Position numbers and translations under genes: made by a program. From the NCBI GenBank assembly GCA_032718475.1, contig JAUCBJ010008911.1:1-33715 (forward strand): a DNA stretch of 33,715 nucleotides. The letters are read 5' to 3'. The notes under the pieces were generated by a model, which made no database searches, was not told the DNA's origin, and was given only the letters and a program-made list of their open reading frames with translations. Shown here one piece after another: positions 21,805-33,715 of this stretch (positions are counted from its first letter, which is position 1; each line of letters begins with the position of its first letter). Source of the DNA: Nemertoderma westbladi (taxonomy: Eukaryota; Animalia; Xenacoelomorpha).

Positions 21805-23907
21805 TGTTCGCGCTTTTAGACCTTTAGCAGTTTAACCTGCCAAATTTAGGTGTCTTCTAGGTTATAAATCGACTTTAGCCTATGACAAGTATTTGATACA
21901 CTTAAAGCTACATTAGCCGAAGCCAGCCTATGCGCGATCATTCACCCATGTTTTATGCTTTTTAGCTCAACACTAGTAGGTTTAATTACAAGGACATATA
22001 TCCTTTAACTACCTGGCTGCAATTACGCATCAAACAACCTGGCTTTAAACTCTGTAAATATCAAAACAAACTGGCACGATTGATCTGTGAATACTGCATA
22101 CTGCTATTTGTTGTCGGTTATTCATTATATTTGTTGATGAATTATTATATTGGAATAACGAGAAATAACCCCGACACCCAATATTCTTGATATACCGAAG
22201 GTAAGAGAGAAAGGTTACCAATAACGATTGTGACTTATGTTAAAGTGGTTTGAAGTGAATCTAATGTTATTTGATAGACCCTACATGAATCAGTCTGTGT
22301 TCCTTTTATATGTGATTAAAATCAGTGAAGATTGGCAGATTAGTGTGCAGTATTGTGCAGCATTGCGTATGAGCGAGTCTGTTAAAGAAGCAATTCCTAA
22401 AGAATGCGCCATATATGTGAATTATAATTAAGCCATATCGTTGTGAGTAGTTTAAGTCATAACTCTGTTTATATAGATAAAGCGCCACGTCCTAAAGGAA
22501 CTGTTAATATTCCCGAAGGTGAATAATATTGTCAGAGATTATATAATACTGTCAGTCGAATAATACATTAAGCTTACATAGCAATAAAATTAAACCGTCG
22601 AACCCAATCTCCCGGGAATATCCAGCGGGTGAATGGTCGCGCACGGATTGGTTTCGACTAGTGTAGTGAATCAAATACTTGTCATAGGCTAAAAACCGAT
22701 TTAATATCTAGAAGACATCTTAATTTGGCGGGTTAAACTGCCAAAGGTCTGAAAGCGCGAACAGGGGGGATTTACCTTACAGCACTGGATGCCCACCACA
22801 TTCCTAACTAGTACTTTATCGGACATACACTCTACACACACTGCAATCTTTTCAGACTTAACAACAGTCAGACAACAATCCAGCCTACAAATTACCTGTA
22901 CAATCTGAGCAGGCTTACACGTCTTCTGCTCAATATTAACTTACAAATAAATAAAACTGACAGAAATAGGCCTAAGTAAAATCCCAATAAAAACCAGGCG
23001 TCCCCGATTAAATATTAAGACCTACCGGTATATAATTATCAAAATCGAATAATACTGCTGTACCTGTACTGCTGTAAGTACCGGTTCGGGTAGTTAGGCA
23101 GTCAGGCCTACGGGTTACCGGTCGACCGGTACTTTAAACTGTATTTATTGCCTACACTGCAATCAGATCTAATAACTGTTATTGTTCGCGCTTTTAGACC
23201 TTTAGCAGTTTAACCTGCCAAATTTAGGTGTCTTCTAGCTTATAAATCGACTTTAGCCTATGACAAGTATTTGATGCACTACATTAGCCGAAGCCAGCCT
23301 ATGCGCGACCATTCACCCGCTGGATTTACCCGGGAGACTGGATTCGGATGCTCTGACCTTATTGCGGTGTAGGCCTACTGTATTATTCGATTGATCGTTA
23401 ATATATAATCTCTGACAAATATTATTCACTTTCGGGAAATATTAACAGTTCCTTTAGGACGTGGCGCTCTAAGTATGTAAACAGAGTTATGACTTACACT
23501 AAACACAACGGGATGGCTATTGATTCACGTATAAAGCGCATTCTTTAGGAGATGCTTTGTTATCTATCACACTCATGCACACTACCGCACAATGCTGCAC
23601 ACCGATCTGCCGACCTTCACTAATTTTAGTTACATATAAAGAGAACAGCAACCGATACATGTAGGGCCTATGAAATAGCATTAGATTCACTCCAAAACCA
23701 CTATAATGTAAGTCGCAATTGCTATATGTAACCGGTCTCTCACCTTCAGTATATCAAGAAGATAGGGGTTTTTATGATTATTTATCGATATTCTCCAAAT
23801 ATAACAATATTCCATCAACTGATACAATTAATAACCGACAGTAAATAGCAGTAAAATTATGCGGTGAACGGTATGTATGGTATGATATGGGCAGTATGCC
23901 AGTTTGT
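21805..23907. repeat. Unclassified repeat family with TGTTCGCG terminus in three copies: 21805-21947 (+), about 22066-22763 (-), 23183-about 23907 (+)
   Basis: Copies 1 and 3 are nearly identical over about 140 bp. Copy 2 is a more diverged reverse complement of copy 3 over about 700 bp. Confidence 0.85.
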
Positions 23908-24220
23908 GACAATATGATAATATGATAACAGTTATACGTTTCTATGATCAAAGCCGTTCTAATGTTTGGCTAAAGTCTGAAACACAGAATAATTCCACAG
24001 CCGATGTTCTGGCATCAGGAAAAAAGGTAAACATAAACCATAATGCATTGCGCGATTTCCCGGAGGCTTCTGTACAAATAAAATGAAAATCGCTCTGATT
24101 GGTCGACCGAACAAAGAACAAAGAAAAAGTTACACGTGTACATATCAGCTGATAGATGTCGTCATCTGAACTTACACTGTATCAAGAGTATTTTGGCGTA
24201 TTGCGACATAAAATCGCTAG

Positions 24221-24326
24221 TTATGTCCGCTAAAGTACACATACAGAAGAAATGGCTTTTTATGTCCACTAAAACACCGGTACAGTAAGGAAACGGCTTT
24301 TTATGTCCGCTAAAACACCTACAGAG
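24221..24326. repeat. Short tandem repeat, unit about 39 bp
   Basis: ttatgtcc(g/a)ctaaa..cac..tacag three times. Confidence 0.75.
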
Positions 24327-25174
24327 TACTTTGCGGGGAAAATAACCAGCTAATTCCGCAAAAGCCTTTACACAGGCAGAGGCAGGTAGTACCATGTTAC
24401 TGCAATAATGGTAGCAGGAATTCTGACCTGACAATAAGAGTAATCAGAGTAACTTAAACCCACATAAATAATTCCCTTGAGTGAATTCTATCCGCGTAGG
24501 AGAAATTAAATATAAAAATGTTAATTGTGCGATCATTTTAGAAATTTTGATCTTATGAAAAGATAATGAAAGGAGTCATAGTGAAATTCTCATATTAAAG
24601 CAACGTTTCAAAACCAATCCGGATAATTCTAAAGTGCCGGGGGAAAATAAGTTAACACAGGCCAAGAATTGGAGCCGCACCTAACTAATATATCGTGGAC
24701 ACTGATAAAACACAAGATATACTGTATAATAATAATTTTGATGAAAAATATGAAGCATTAGTTGCATCATTAACTGAAATATGACTCATCTCATTGCACT
24801 GATTCAAATGAATAGCCTTGAATTATTATATAGGAGCTACGGCAATTTTGATATTTTGTATCTCTTAGAATTTTCCCAGGAGTCTTTTTCCCAAGTTTTG
24901 TTTTGAATCCGTTACTGTAAAATGATGATCCATTACCAAATTTAATATAACATTCCCTTGCAATAAATAGACCTATAAACTGATCTGAAATTTTCAAAAC
25001 CAAGTTTCATATCGTCACTACTGTAATCTTTGACAAGTTTTTCTGATAAATGAAAAATCAGGTATCCCGAATGCCAACTAGCTAGGATCGGCATGCTGCA
25101 TTGCAGCTGCATTTTTAAAATGCTGTGCCGGCCTGTCGACAAAATTGCACCGCCACAACTCCCTATCACCCATG

Positions 25175-26445
25175 CAGGGTTGTTTAAATTAAATCATTTG
25201 ATTTAAATCATTGATTTAAATCATGATTTAAATCACATATAAAAATAAAAAAAAATCAGATATTTTTGTTTTTTTTAAAATCATGAAGTTTGTCAATCAT
25301 GCTTTAAGGCCAGGATAAACATTGCATTACTGATTATTAATAAATGATTCAAATTACCTATATTTTACATGAAAATACAGTATCATCTCGCATTTCCAAT
25401 ACCATACAGTATTCACAGGCCCATTAATTAAGTTGTACTTTAGAGTTCTATTCAGTTTGTTGTTTATTTAGTTTATATTCGAATTCAGACTTTTCGGGAT
25501 TTCCGGGATCGGGACCGGGATTATTCCTCTCGAGATCCCGTTTTACGGGATCGGTATTGCAATTTTGGATTAAATTCATCAAAGTGAATAGTATATGAGG
25601 CAGGTTTTCAGTAACACTCACTTACACTTCTGAAATGTTAGTAAGATAAAGTTATATTAAAATTATCTTATAATTGATTACTGGATGGTTTACTGAAATA
25701 AAAATTAGATATAATCAAAACATTTCCGTTCTGCTGGAACTTTTTTTAGATGTTCAACAAATTTATTTAACCATTTAAACTTCGGGATCCCGTTTCAAAA
25801 AAGTCGGAATCGGGATTCGATATTTCGCTGGGATCCCGGTTTTTCGGTTTTTTTTAAAACATTAGTGCATTGATGAAGCCAGAAGTCTTCCGATTGTTTA
25901 AATATAAAATCTGATTTAAATAAAAAAATCTGATTTAAATAAGAAAAAAGTGATTTAAATGGGTGACTACAAAACAAATACCAAAGACCTAAATAATAAA
26001 GACCTGCATAATCTTTGAAACATGTGTTAACTTTCGTTTATTGTTTTGGTTCCCCCAACAGCCTCTGTAACATGCACCTTTACTAACCTGTTCCTTTAAA
26101 TGCAATGTAACCTAACGCTCTTTGGCACCTGTACAAAACAAAGATATAAAGTCGCGTTACGTCCTAAAGGGGATTAGGTCCCATTGCCATATAGCGTTAG
26201 GTCCCATTGCCATTTACAGGAGCAGGTTAGTAAAGGAGCAGGTTACAGAGGCGTGTTTGGGGAACCAAAACAATAAACGAAAGTTAACACATGTGTTTCA
26301 TACAGGTCTTTGTTATTTGCGTCTTTGCTTTTTAGTCACCCGATTTAAATAAAAAAAAATCTGATTTAAATCAAATAAATCTGATTTAAATAAAAAAAAT
26401 CTGATTTTTTTGATTAAAAAAAAATCATGATTTTTATCAACCATG
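25175..26445. mobile_element. Non-autonomous hAT element
   Basis: 8-bp TSD cacccatg (25167-25174 and 26446-26453), imperfect TIR cagggttg/catggttg, and gatttaaat(c) subterminal arrays. Confidence 0.9.
25961..26341. mobile_element. MITE with long TIRs and a 9-bp TSD (Mutator-like)
   Basis: gggtgacta...tagtcaccc termini with about 160-bp imperfect inverted arms. TSD gatttaaat at 25952-25960 and 26342-26350. Confidence 0.85.
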
Positions 26446-26999
26446 CACCCATGACATTTGCTAGATCATCCGCTTCTTCAAGGCCAGTGTCCTTTAAGAT
26501 GCGTCTCAAGAAAGTCATGGGCTGTCCACCATGCTTATTCAGTCCATGAGGCTGCCAAAGTATAAGTTTAAGCACTGTCTGGTCCTCACGGTGAAAGCAA
26601 TGTCCTGCAAAGCGGAGGCGATTTTGTTCTAGTGTCAAGCTTGGGGGAACCAATGAGACACCTCCAATGTTATGTAGTGTCTGGTTGGAGATGTGTGCAT
26701 TGTACTTGACACAATGTACCCGGCGTAGCATTCTTGTGAATGTGCCATCCACAGATTTGGTGTCCTCAGCAGTTAGAGCCCAACATGGATTCTCATAGAG
26801 AGGTACTGGAACTACTGCTGCTCTAAATAATCGGACCTTAAGTTTCCGATTAATTCTCGGTGACTTCCAAATCCTGCAAAGCATATTCAAGGCTGCCCAA
26901 TGCTTTCCCTTACGTATTTGAAGGTCCTCATCTGACTTCCGGATCCATGATCCCAGGTAACAGAAGTCGTCCACATGCTCAAGCATTGATAAAATCGTA

Positions 27000-28489
27000 T
27001 CCACTGATCTAATAAAAAAACTTATTATTGAGAAACAATCAGGTATTCAGTGTGATGGAACTGTGGTCGTTAATGAGTCCTCCCCCGTGGCTATAGTGTG
27101 AAATTTGAAGGAACTTGTAGCGGTTGTGATTGGGAATATTCTGACGAAACAAGCGACCAAGTTAGCACTCCATCTGTCCCAGGTAGGAAACCTGCAGACG
27201 TGAACCGTCGTTCTGTACTTGCTTGGCTTGGTGTTGGCGGGACCCGAGGTGATGCCGAAATTTTCTTGAGAATAATGTCTTTGCCATCACCAACTAGTAA
27301 AGAACCCTGGCAGGTTCCTGTGAAAGTTATTTCCTATGCCACTGAATCGCTAGCCCGTGGAAACGTCCGAAATAGTGCCTTGAAGGAGACATACCGAGAA
27401 ATAACTCCTTTGATGGTATCTGGCTGACGAAGGGGCCATAAATCCAAATATGGTGTCTCGTTTATTATTTCGGAACAAACAGGTCTCGTTCTTGATTTTG
27501 ACGTTTGTTCCAAATATTGTAATGTTTGTAGCCGTGCCAAGGAAGGAGACAATATCGAGGGACATGACTGCCAGATTAATTATTCAGGATCGAGTTCGGC
27601 TATGGAAACTCATTCAGCTGTGAAGATGTTCAATCGATCCCTCTTCCAGCGAAGGAATGGTCTGGTGTATGAGTCGATGGTATCTGATGGTGACAGCAGT
27701 GTAATGAATGCGTTACTTGAATCAGACCCATATAAAGATCAAAATATTACAGTTCAGAAGAAGGAATGTATCAACCATATTGTGAAACGGATGTATACTG
27801 GCTTATCTAACACTCGCAAGTAGCATAAACTTGGAGGAAAGGGTGGTTTAACTGATAATAGATGTCACCAGCTACAATCCTATTATCAAAATACAATTGT
27901 AAAGAATATAGATGGTATTGATATAGATAAACTCACTGATTCCGATAAATCAAGCCTAATAATCAAGATCCGAAACGAAATCCAGGCAGCTGCTCATCAC
28001 TATTGTGATTACGGTGATAACCTTGACAAGCAGAATAATCTGTGTCCTGATGCAAAGTGGTGTAAATTTAAATGCAACGATTCAAATTACAAGAGAGTAA
28101 CTTTTATCTAAGAAGAAGATATTAAATTTATTCTTCCTGTTTATGAACGACTCACAACAAACGCTATTCTAGAACGTTGTATTCCAGGTCTCACCCAAAA
28201 CCGCAACGAATCCATCCACTCACGTTTGTGGTCTAGGCTACCAAAAGAACGATTTGTTGGTTTATATACCCTGATGTTTCATGTGGCTTACACTGTGGTG
28301 GTCCATAATCGAGGTTGTTCTGCAGAGCAGCTCATTATGAAGAAGCTTGGTCTGGAAGAAGATGAAGGTGAGCTGGCAGAAAGAGCAGAGATGGTAAACC
28401 TGAAGAGAAGAAGGAAAAGCGCTGAAAGCAGGCCAGCTAAAAAATTTGAGGGGCCTGACCTTAAATCATACGCCTCTGGTGCGTTCTAA
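27000..28489 (+). pseudogene. Kolobok-type ('Mutator-like' domain) DDE transposase, disrupted
   Basis: VNRRSV, SFDGIW/RRGHKSKYG, SKYCNVC, HDCQINYSGSSSAME, VSDGDSS, KKECINHIVKR, C..G.TQNRNESIHSRLW..LPK. Confidence 0.85.
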
Positions 28490-28549
28490 TAATGTATGTT
28501 TATATTTGTCTGTGATTCTTGGCATTTTTCAAGTTTTTTGTATTTTTGT

Positions 28550-29550
28550 ATTCTGGATATCCTCATTACCAGAATTGACAACCACTTTCACACATCTGTC
28601 TATCGGAAACCGACTTTCACAGGTTTATATTCACAATTTGATAGTTTTATACCACTAAAATATAAGATAGCTCTAGTTAGCACACTAGTTTTTCGGGTTT
28701 TTAGTATTAGTTCAACCTGGACAAAGTGTAATATCGAGCTATCCCATTTAACTGACCTACTATGCCGTAATGGATTTCCCGTAGATTTTGTCCGGGATCT
28801 TATTGGAGACACCCTTATTAAATTAGTTGGGCCTGTTAAACCTCTAGTTACTACAGTACCTAAGAAACGCGTGCTGTTGTGCTTGCCATATTTGGGTGCC
28901 CAGTCACATTTACTTTATAAACGACTCCGTATTATATCTAAGGCTTTCCCATCAGTGGAACTGAGAATTATCTCCCTTCCCTCCTGTCGCTTAAGTAGCT
29001 TTTTCCCGTTTAAGGATAAATTACCCTCAGAGCTCCGTCCCCTGACCATTTATAAATTTAAGTGCAGTGGCTGTGCGGCCACTTATTTTGGCAAATCAAT
29101 ACGCCACTATAAGGTCAGAGTGTCGGAGCATCTAGGGTTATCACCCCGCACGGGAAAACCGCACCCAAGCACTCAGCTATACGTGATCACTCACTTAAAA
29201 CAAATCATAGTGTACATTATGATGACTTTTCAATATTCTCCCGTGCTTCGAACAGTTATGACATCTTAATTAAGGAAAGCATACTAATTCGAAAATACAG
29301 ACCTTCTCTCAACATCCAAGAATCATATTTTCCCTTATTTTTGTTCTGAGCTTACAGTACTTCTTGTTAGGAATTGGCGGGTAATTTGAACTTTTGTTGT
29401 AGTCCTTCACTAGGTATAATTGTATAACTGTTTTATTGTCCGTTTGTGCCGCTTATTTACGCTGATGATGTTATTAGTAAATAACGAAACGTCCGTACTT
29501 GCACTGTAAACTCATTTTATTATGGTTTCAACATTCTACCAACTCGTCTT
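28550..29550 (+). mobile_element. Penelope-like element, 5'-truncated (RT end, linker, GIY-YIG endonuclease, 3' pLTR)
   Basis: LDILITR...TSVYRKPTFTGLY, NGFP, LPYLG, IYKFKCSGCAATYFGKSIRHYKVRVSEH, KESILIRKYRPSLN; stop at 29347-29349. Confidence 0.93.
29458..29497 (+). ncRNA. Minimal type I hammerhead ribozyme of the Penelope element
   Basis: tacg CTGATGA t gttatt-agta-aataac GAAAC GTC cgta: intact core, stems I and II, and GUC at 29491-29493. Confidence 0.85.
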
Positions 29551-30499
29551 AGTAATTTTAACTCTATTGCGACTTAGAATGACCTAATTTTTGGCATGCT
29601 TGATGCTTGTGTGGTCCTTAACAACTTAACAAATCCAACGGACAGAATTTTAATATTTGAATTGAAAGTCTCTTTTTTTAAATAAAATGCTCCGAAAATT
29701 TGATATTTTTGACTTTTTGGCACCAAAAAATGTCCCTTTTGGTACTTTTTGTACTTCTTAAGCAGATATCAAAATTTTGTCCGTTGCAAATGTTGCAGGC
29801 ATCCCAGTGATCACCTTAACGGAGTTTTGAAAAATTCTAATTATTTTTTTCTAGAAGCCTTAGCATTTTTTTCAAATTTTGTGTTTTTGGTTATATTTTG
29901 GTGAAAAATTTCAACTTTGTCTTATATTTGAACCTTTACTCATTACGATTCCAAAAATAGTAACATTTTTGGCTTCTACTGTGCATTTCAAAATGCAATG
30001 GTCAATTACAATACCCCCCTTAAATATATTAAATAATATGCGATCTTTAATTATTTTTCCTAGAAATTTGTGCTGTTTGTATATTTTTGTGAATCGCTTC
30101 CAGTTTTATTTTGTGTTATATTAAAAATAAATATGATATATTACTTTTAAAACACAAAATTTATGTTAATACCACCTCTGCCTTTCATCAATCCTGTGTG
30201 CGCAAATCCTGTGTTGGTGTGGTGCAGATTAAGGGGGGGGGGGGGGGGGGGGGGCTATTCCCTCTCTTTGATTTACTGGTGTTTGGTTAAATTTCTTAGA
30301 TACCGAGTTTGTGATACAGTAGAATCGCTCAATATTAATCTGTATCTCGTAACTGAGCATCGTCCTGCGCGAAAGCCCCACGAACGTGTTAATAATTACA
30401 CACGTGAATAATTAGTCTATGACGCAGCCCCTCCACCTCCAGCTGATTAATTTGTGTTAAATTGTGAAATGGGGTGTGTGTGTGTGCCACAACTCCTTA

Positions 30500-31520
30500 A
30501 CCCCGACAACTTTCGCGAGATTATCTACATCTTCATGTCCTGTGTCCTTTAAGTCCTGGGCTGTCAACCATGCTTATTTCATCCATGGGGCTGCCAAAGC
30601 ACAAGATTGTGCACAGGCTGGTCTGTGAACAATGTCCTGCAAATCGGAAGCGGCTTTGTTCAAGTGTCAAGCTTTTGGGAACACGTCCAGAGACTCCAAT
30701 GTGTGTATTGACATTTACATTGATACAGTATGTCTGTGTTCTATTGGAGATGTGTGCATTGCACTTGTCACAATGAACCCGGCGTAGCATTCTTGTGAAT
30801 GTGCCATCCAGAGATTTGGTGTCCTCAGCAGTTAGAGCACAGCATGGACTCTCATAGTGGAGTACTTATACTACTGCTGCTCTAAATAATACGTATTCGA
30901 AGCATCGAAGGTCCAACCTTACTATCGAAAATAGGGAGCAAAGGAGGTGGTGTTATCATCACTTCATCGTAATTAAGAACACCTAAGGACATGCCTAGAA
31001 CATAGTCAATTATGACAAGACAATAAGAATGGTGCAAGTGTGTCTCCCGGGAGGACACCCCACAACACTTCGAATGGATCTGTGTCACCATCAACAGTAG
31101 ACACAAATGTTGTCAAACCATCGTATACTGATCTGATTGCTGCAATAATTTCATCAGGAATCCCATATAATGAAAGTATGCTGAACATACGTGAGCGAGA
31201 GACTGAATCAAAGGCCTTGAAGAAGTCAACAAATATAACAGCCAGATGCCTGTCTTTCTTTTTTGATAACTCTTCAATTATACTTCTAAGTGCCAAAATG
31301 GGCTCCATGGTCCCACGAACTTTTTACGGACCATTCTGATTTCCACGTAGCAGTCTCTCAATGGGATACCTGTTGGGATTGAATATTATATATATATATA
31401 TTGTATACTGTAGCTTTGCAGCAATCGAGATCAATGAAATTCCCCGAAAAGAACCATATAGTGTTAGGTTGTCATTCTTGGGAACTGGCACCAACTTATT
31501 TGTTTTAATTTCTTGTGGGT
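30500..31520 (-). mobile_element. Older RTE-like LINE fragments with an internal deletion
   Basis: LVPVPK...FRGISLISIAAKL (31410-31500), IFVDFFKAFDSV...GVLPGDTLAPFL (31006-31308) and RFRFAGHC (30533-30890). Confidence 0.88.
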
Positions 31521-32819
31521 CTCTCTTCGTTCTGTACTGTACTGTACATGTCTACTATGATTTGATAAATGAACTCCAAACACTGAGGTACCTGTATTTT
31601 AAAGACCTCAGTGGGGACACCACTCCACTCTGGTACGATTGATCTTAATGTGTGGGTAGTTTGGGCTCATGTTGTCAAAAATTAAACTTTTTTGCATTAT
31701 ATAATTTATGATCGAGCCCTATTACAACATTATTGTGCAACACTTGAAATACTGTAGGGGAAGGGGCCTACGTATTATACTAATTATAATACACTGTACT
31801 ACAGAGTATGTTGTGTATTATTGTCACCAGAGTATGTTTCCTTTTTTTTATAATATTCTATAGTTCTAGTTATATCTGTGTAATCTCTATGGGCGTCAGT
31901 GGCCCGGATTAAAATAAATAAATAAATAAATATGTTGTACTGTCACCTGTATGTTAAACTATTTTTGCTGGAGGTCTTTTTACTCTTGTAAAGTACATCG
32001 CGACACATGCTGCATCTTCGAGTCTGGTAGTCTGACTTCTTCCTCATATCCCTTACGGCCTTACCACCACGCACCACCCTACAGCCCTACCGCTACCGGT
32101 ACCATCAAGTCCAGATGTCAAGGGCTGTTTCTGATTGGCAGATTGGTAACCGTACCGTGTACCTACTGACCTACTACTGTACCGGTACTACCTGACTACA
32201 GTACTAGGCTGCTAGGCCCTACAGCCCTACTACAGTTAGTTCAGTTTGCAGTAGGTAGGCCTACTACAGTACTACGCACTTCATTCACAGCACAGCAATA
32301 CAGTGCAGCAGTTTACCTGTCAGCCCTGCAGCCGGTAGACCTAAACCAGCTGACCAGTACACACAGGCTTCAGCCTGTCTGCTTCCTTTTTATGAGTTTT
32401 CATGGCTTCGCTTCAGAGCTTCATGATTTCATCATTGCTGCTGTGCAGTGCACGCTGCAGCTAGGAACTTTCACCCGTTAGACGGGTGGACAATCCAGCC
32501 CTTTAATGGGTGTCCTAATTCGTTCTTCTGGGCTAAATTCCACCCGTTTGAGGGGTGGCTTGGGGAGTTTGTAAATTTTATCCAGCTTGCTTTATGATCA
32601 AAGCCGCCGACAGGAATCTCGGACACTCATCTGAGGGCTGGATATAATGCGGCTACATGCAAGGAAATACAGCCTTGAGTAAACCTACAACAACAACAGG
32701 GTGCTTTTGATTGACAGTGTAAGAGTGCCGGTAATAGCTGTACTAAGCTAAGTTTCAAAGACTGCTTGAGCCTGAGTGCTGAATGTCTGCCTGACTACTT
32801 AGCTAGGAGGACTGGAGGA

Positions 32820-33310
32820 GTTAATAAAATAAGATAATTATTATTTTCCGAAGTTAATTAATTATTTATTTAAGTTACCAGTGCGCCTGCACAATTTATT
32901 ATTTTCTTCACCTTTCAGTTACCAAACAGTACTGCGTAATTAATTATTATCTTTAAGATGATAAAGTATTTTCTTCTTACCAGTAAGTTGATAAATTATT
33001 ATATTTATTATGACAGTCACAGTAGGCCCTACAGTAATTATTATTTTCTTACTGGTAAGTTAATCAATTATTTTCTTAGGATATTAATTATTTCAATACA
33101 CAGTAGGTAGGCCTACGATAATAAATTATGTCTTATGTCATTACACATTAGGTAGGTCTATGTCTAAGATAATTAATTTTTCATTAAGATAATTAATTAT
33201 TTTATTAATTATTATATTAAGTTACTAGTTAAATATTTTATTAAGTTAATTAATTATTTTAATTAAATTAGTTAACTAATTATATTATATTTAATTAGGT
33301 AATTATTTTA
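32820..33310. repeat. AT-rich low-complexity region (taattatt-like units)
   Basis: Dense aattaattatt-type motifs with no ORF. Confidence 0.6.
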
Positions 33311-33715
33311 GTAGGGTTTCCTCGGCAAAATTTGGCTGCACTTTGAAACCAAATCTTAAGGTAGGAATAATGATGTAATGGCTGGCCTGGCTTTTAGATA
33401 CTGTAGCTCAGCAACTGGGATGAGTTACGAAAGTCTATGAATTAATTTAGTTAAGCAGGCTGGTGGATATGAGGTACACACAGTAACATAACACACACAC
33501 CCACAGGGCAAACAAACCAGGCTAGCTAGCTACTACAGCATGGCCCAGGCCCAGTAAGTATTACTAATAGCTACCTTGTATGTTGATTGCTTCAGGCATC
33601 ACTGCTTGCCCTGTGGGCTCAACGTAATTTTGGTTTGTGTGTGCTTGCTTATATAATCTATTTAAAAAGGCAGCCTCTCTGCTGCTCTGCCTCTGGGCTG
33701 TGTGGCCACGGTTTT

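Larger units (their letters stand above)
25078..26985 (-). mobile_element. 5'-truncated RTE-like LINE, split by a hAT MITE
   Basis: HVDDFCYLGSWI...KLKVRLFRAAV...RLRFAGHC at 26454-26985 resumes at 25174-25078 and ends ...QHADPS*. Confidence 0.92.
26988..30019 (+). mobile_element. 5'-truncated Kolobok-like DNA transposon, interrupted by Penelope
   Basis: Transposase remnant plus an AT-rich 3' region ending caataccccc|ttaa (TTAA at 30020-30023). The superfamily call rests on remembered motifs. Confidence 0.65.

Noticed and set aside
22195-22431. Spliced coding exon within the TGT...ACA repeat
   Set aside because: Splice-like sites are shared by both copies, but the differences between copies are largely non-synonymous.
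25440-25865. Additional nested element with cgggat/atcccg motifs inside the hAT MITE
   Set aside because: The motif clusters are real, but no matching TIR pair or TSD could be established.
30229-30500. Small TTAA-flanked Kolobok-like MITE
   Set aside because: TTAA is present at both ends but the termini do not form convincing inverted repeats.
31361-31642. Plus-strand 93-aa ORF as a host exon
   Set aside because: The opposite strand encodes the RTE motif VPVPK...RGISLISIAAKL.
32030-32700. Host promoter or first exon
   Set aside because: Only tactg/taggcc-rich simple sequence and a short ccacccgtt repeat; no supportable exon or element boundaries.

Overview
Eukaryotic (probably invertebrate animal) genomic DNA, almost entirely transposon-derived. 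The left end holds two duplicated phase-1 calcium-binding EGF exons of a minus-strand host gene. From about 1841 to 21218 lies a decayed, unusually large BEL/Pao LTR retrotransposon (gag, then PR-RT-RH-INT) with no visible 5' LTR and a probable 3' LTR. It carries an extra ORF of roughly 1,250 codons with three CCHC-type knuckles in the position where env would be. It also carries 11 same-strand copies of a 20-nt stem-loop (GGAAGGCY-YGMG-RGYCTWCY) with a compensatory change, read in all three frames and also found in non-coding sequence. Nested in it are a Penelope fragment, an RTE-like LINE fragment, a full-length hAT transposon and a tRNA-derived SINE. The right part contains an unclassified TGT...ACA inverted-repeat family, an RTE LINE split by a hAT MITE that is itself split by a MITE with a 9-bp TSD, a Kolobok-like transposon carrying a Penelope fragment with a minimal hammerhead ribozyme, and further RTE fragments. 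The best candidate for an undescribed system is the BEL element's dispersed RNA hairpin together with its knuckle-bearing accessory ORF. All calls were made by eye, with no searches run.
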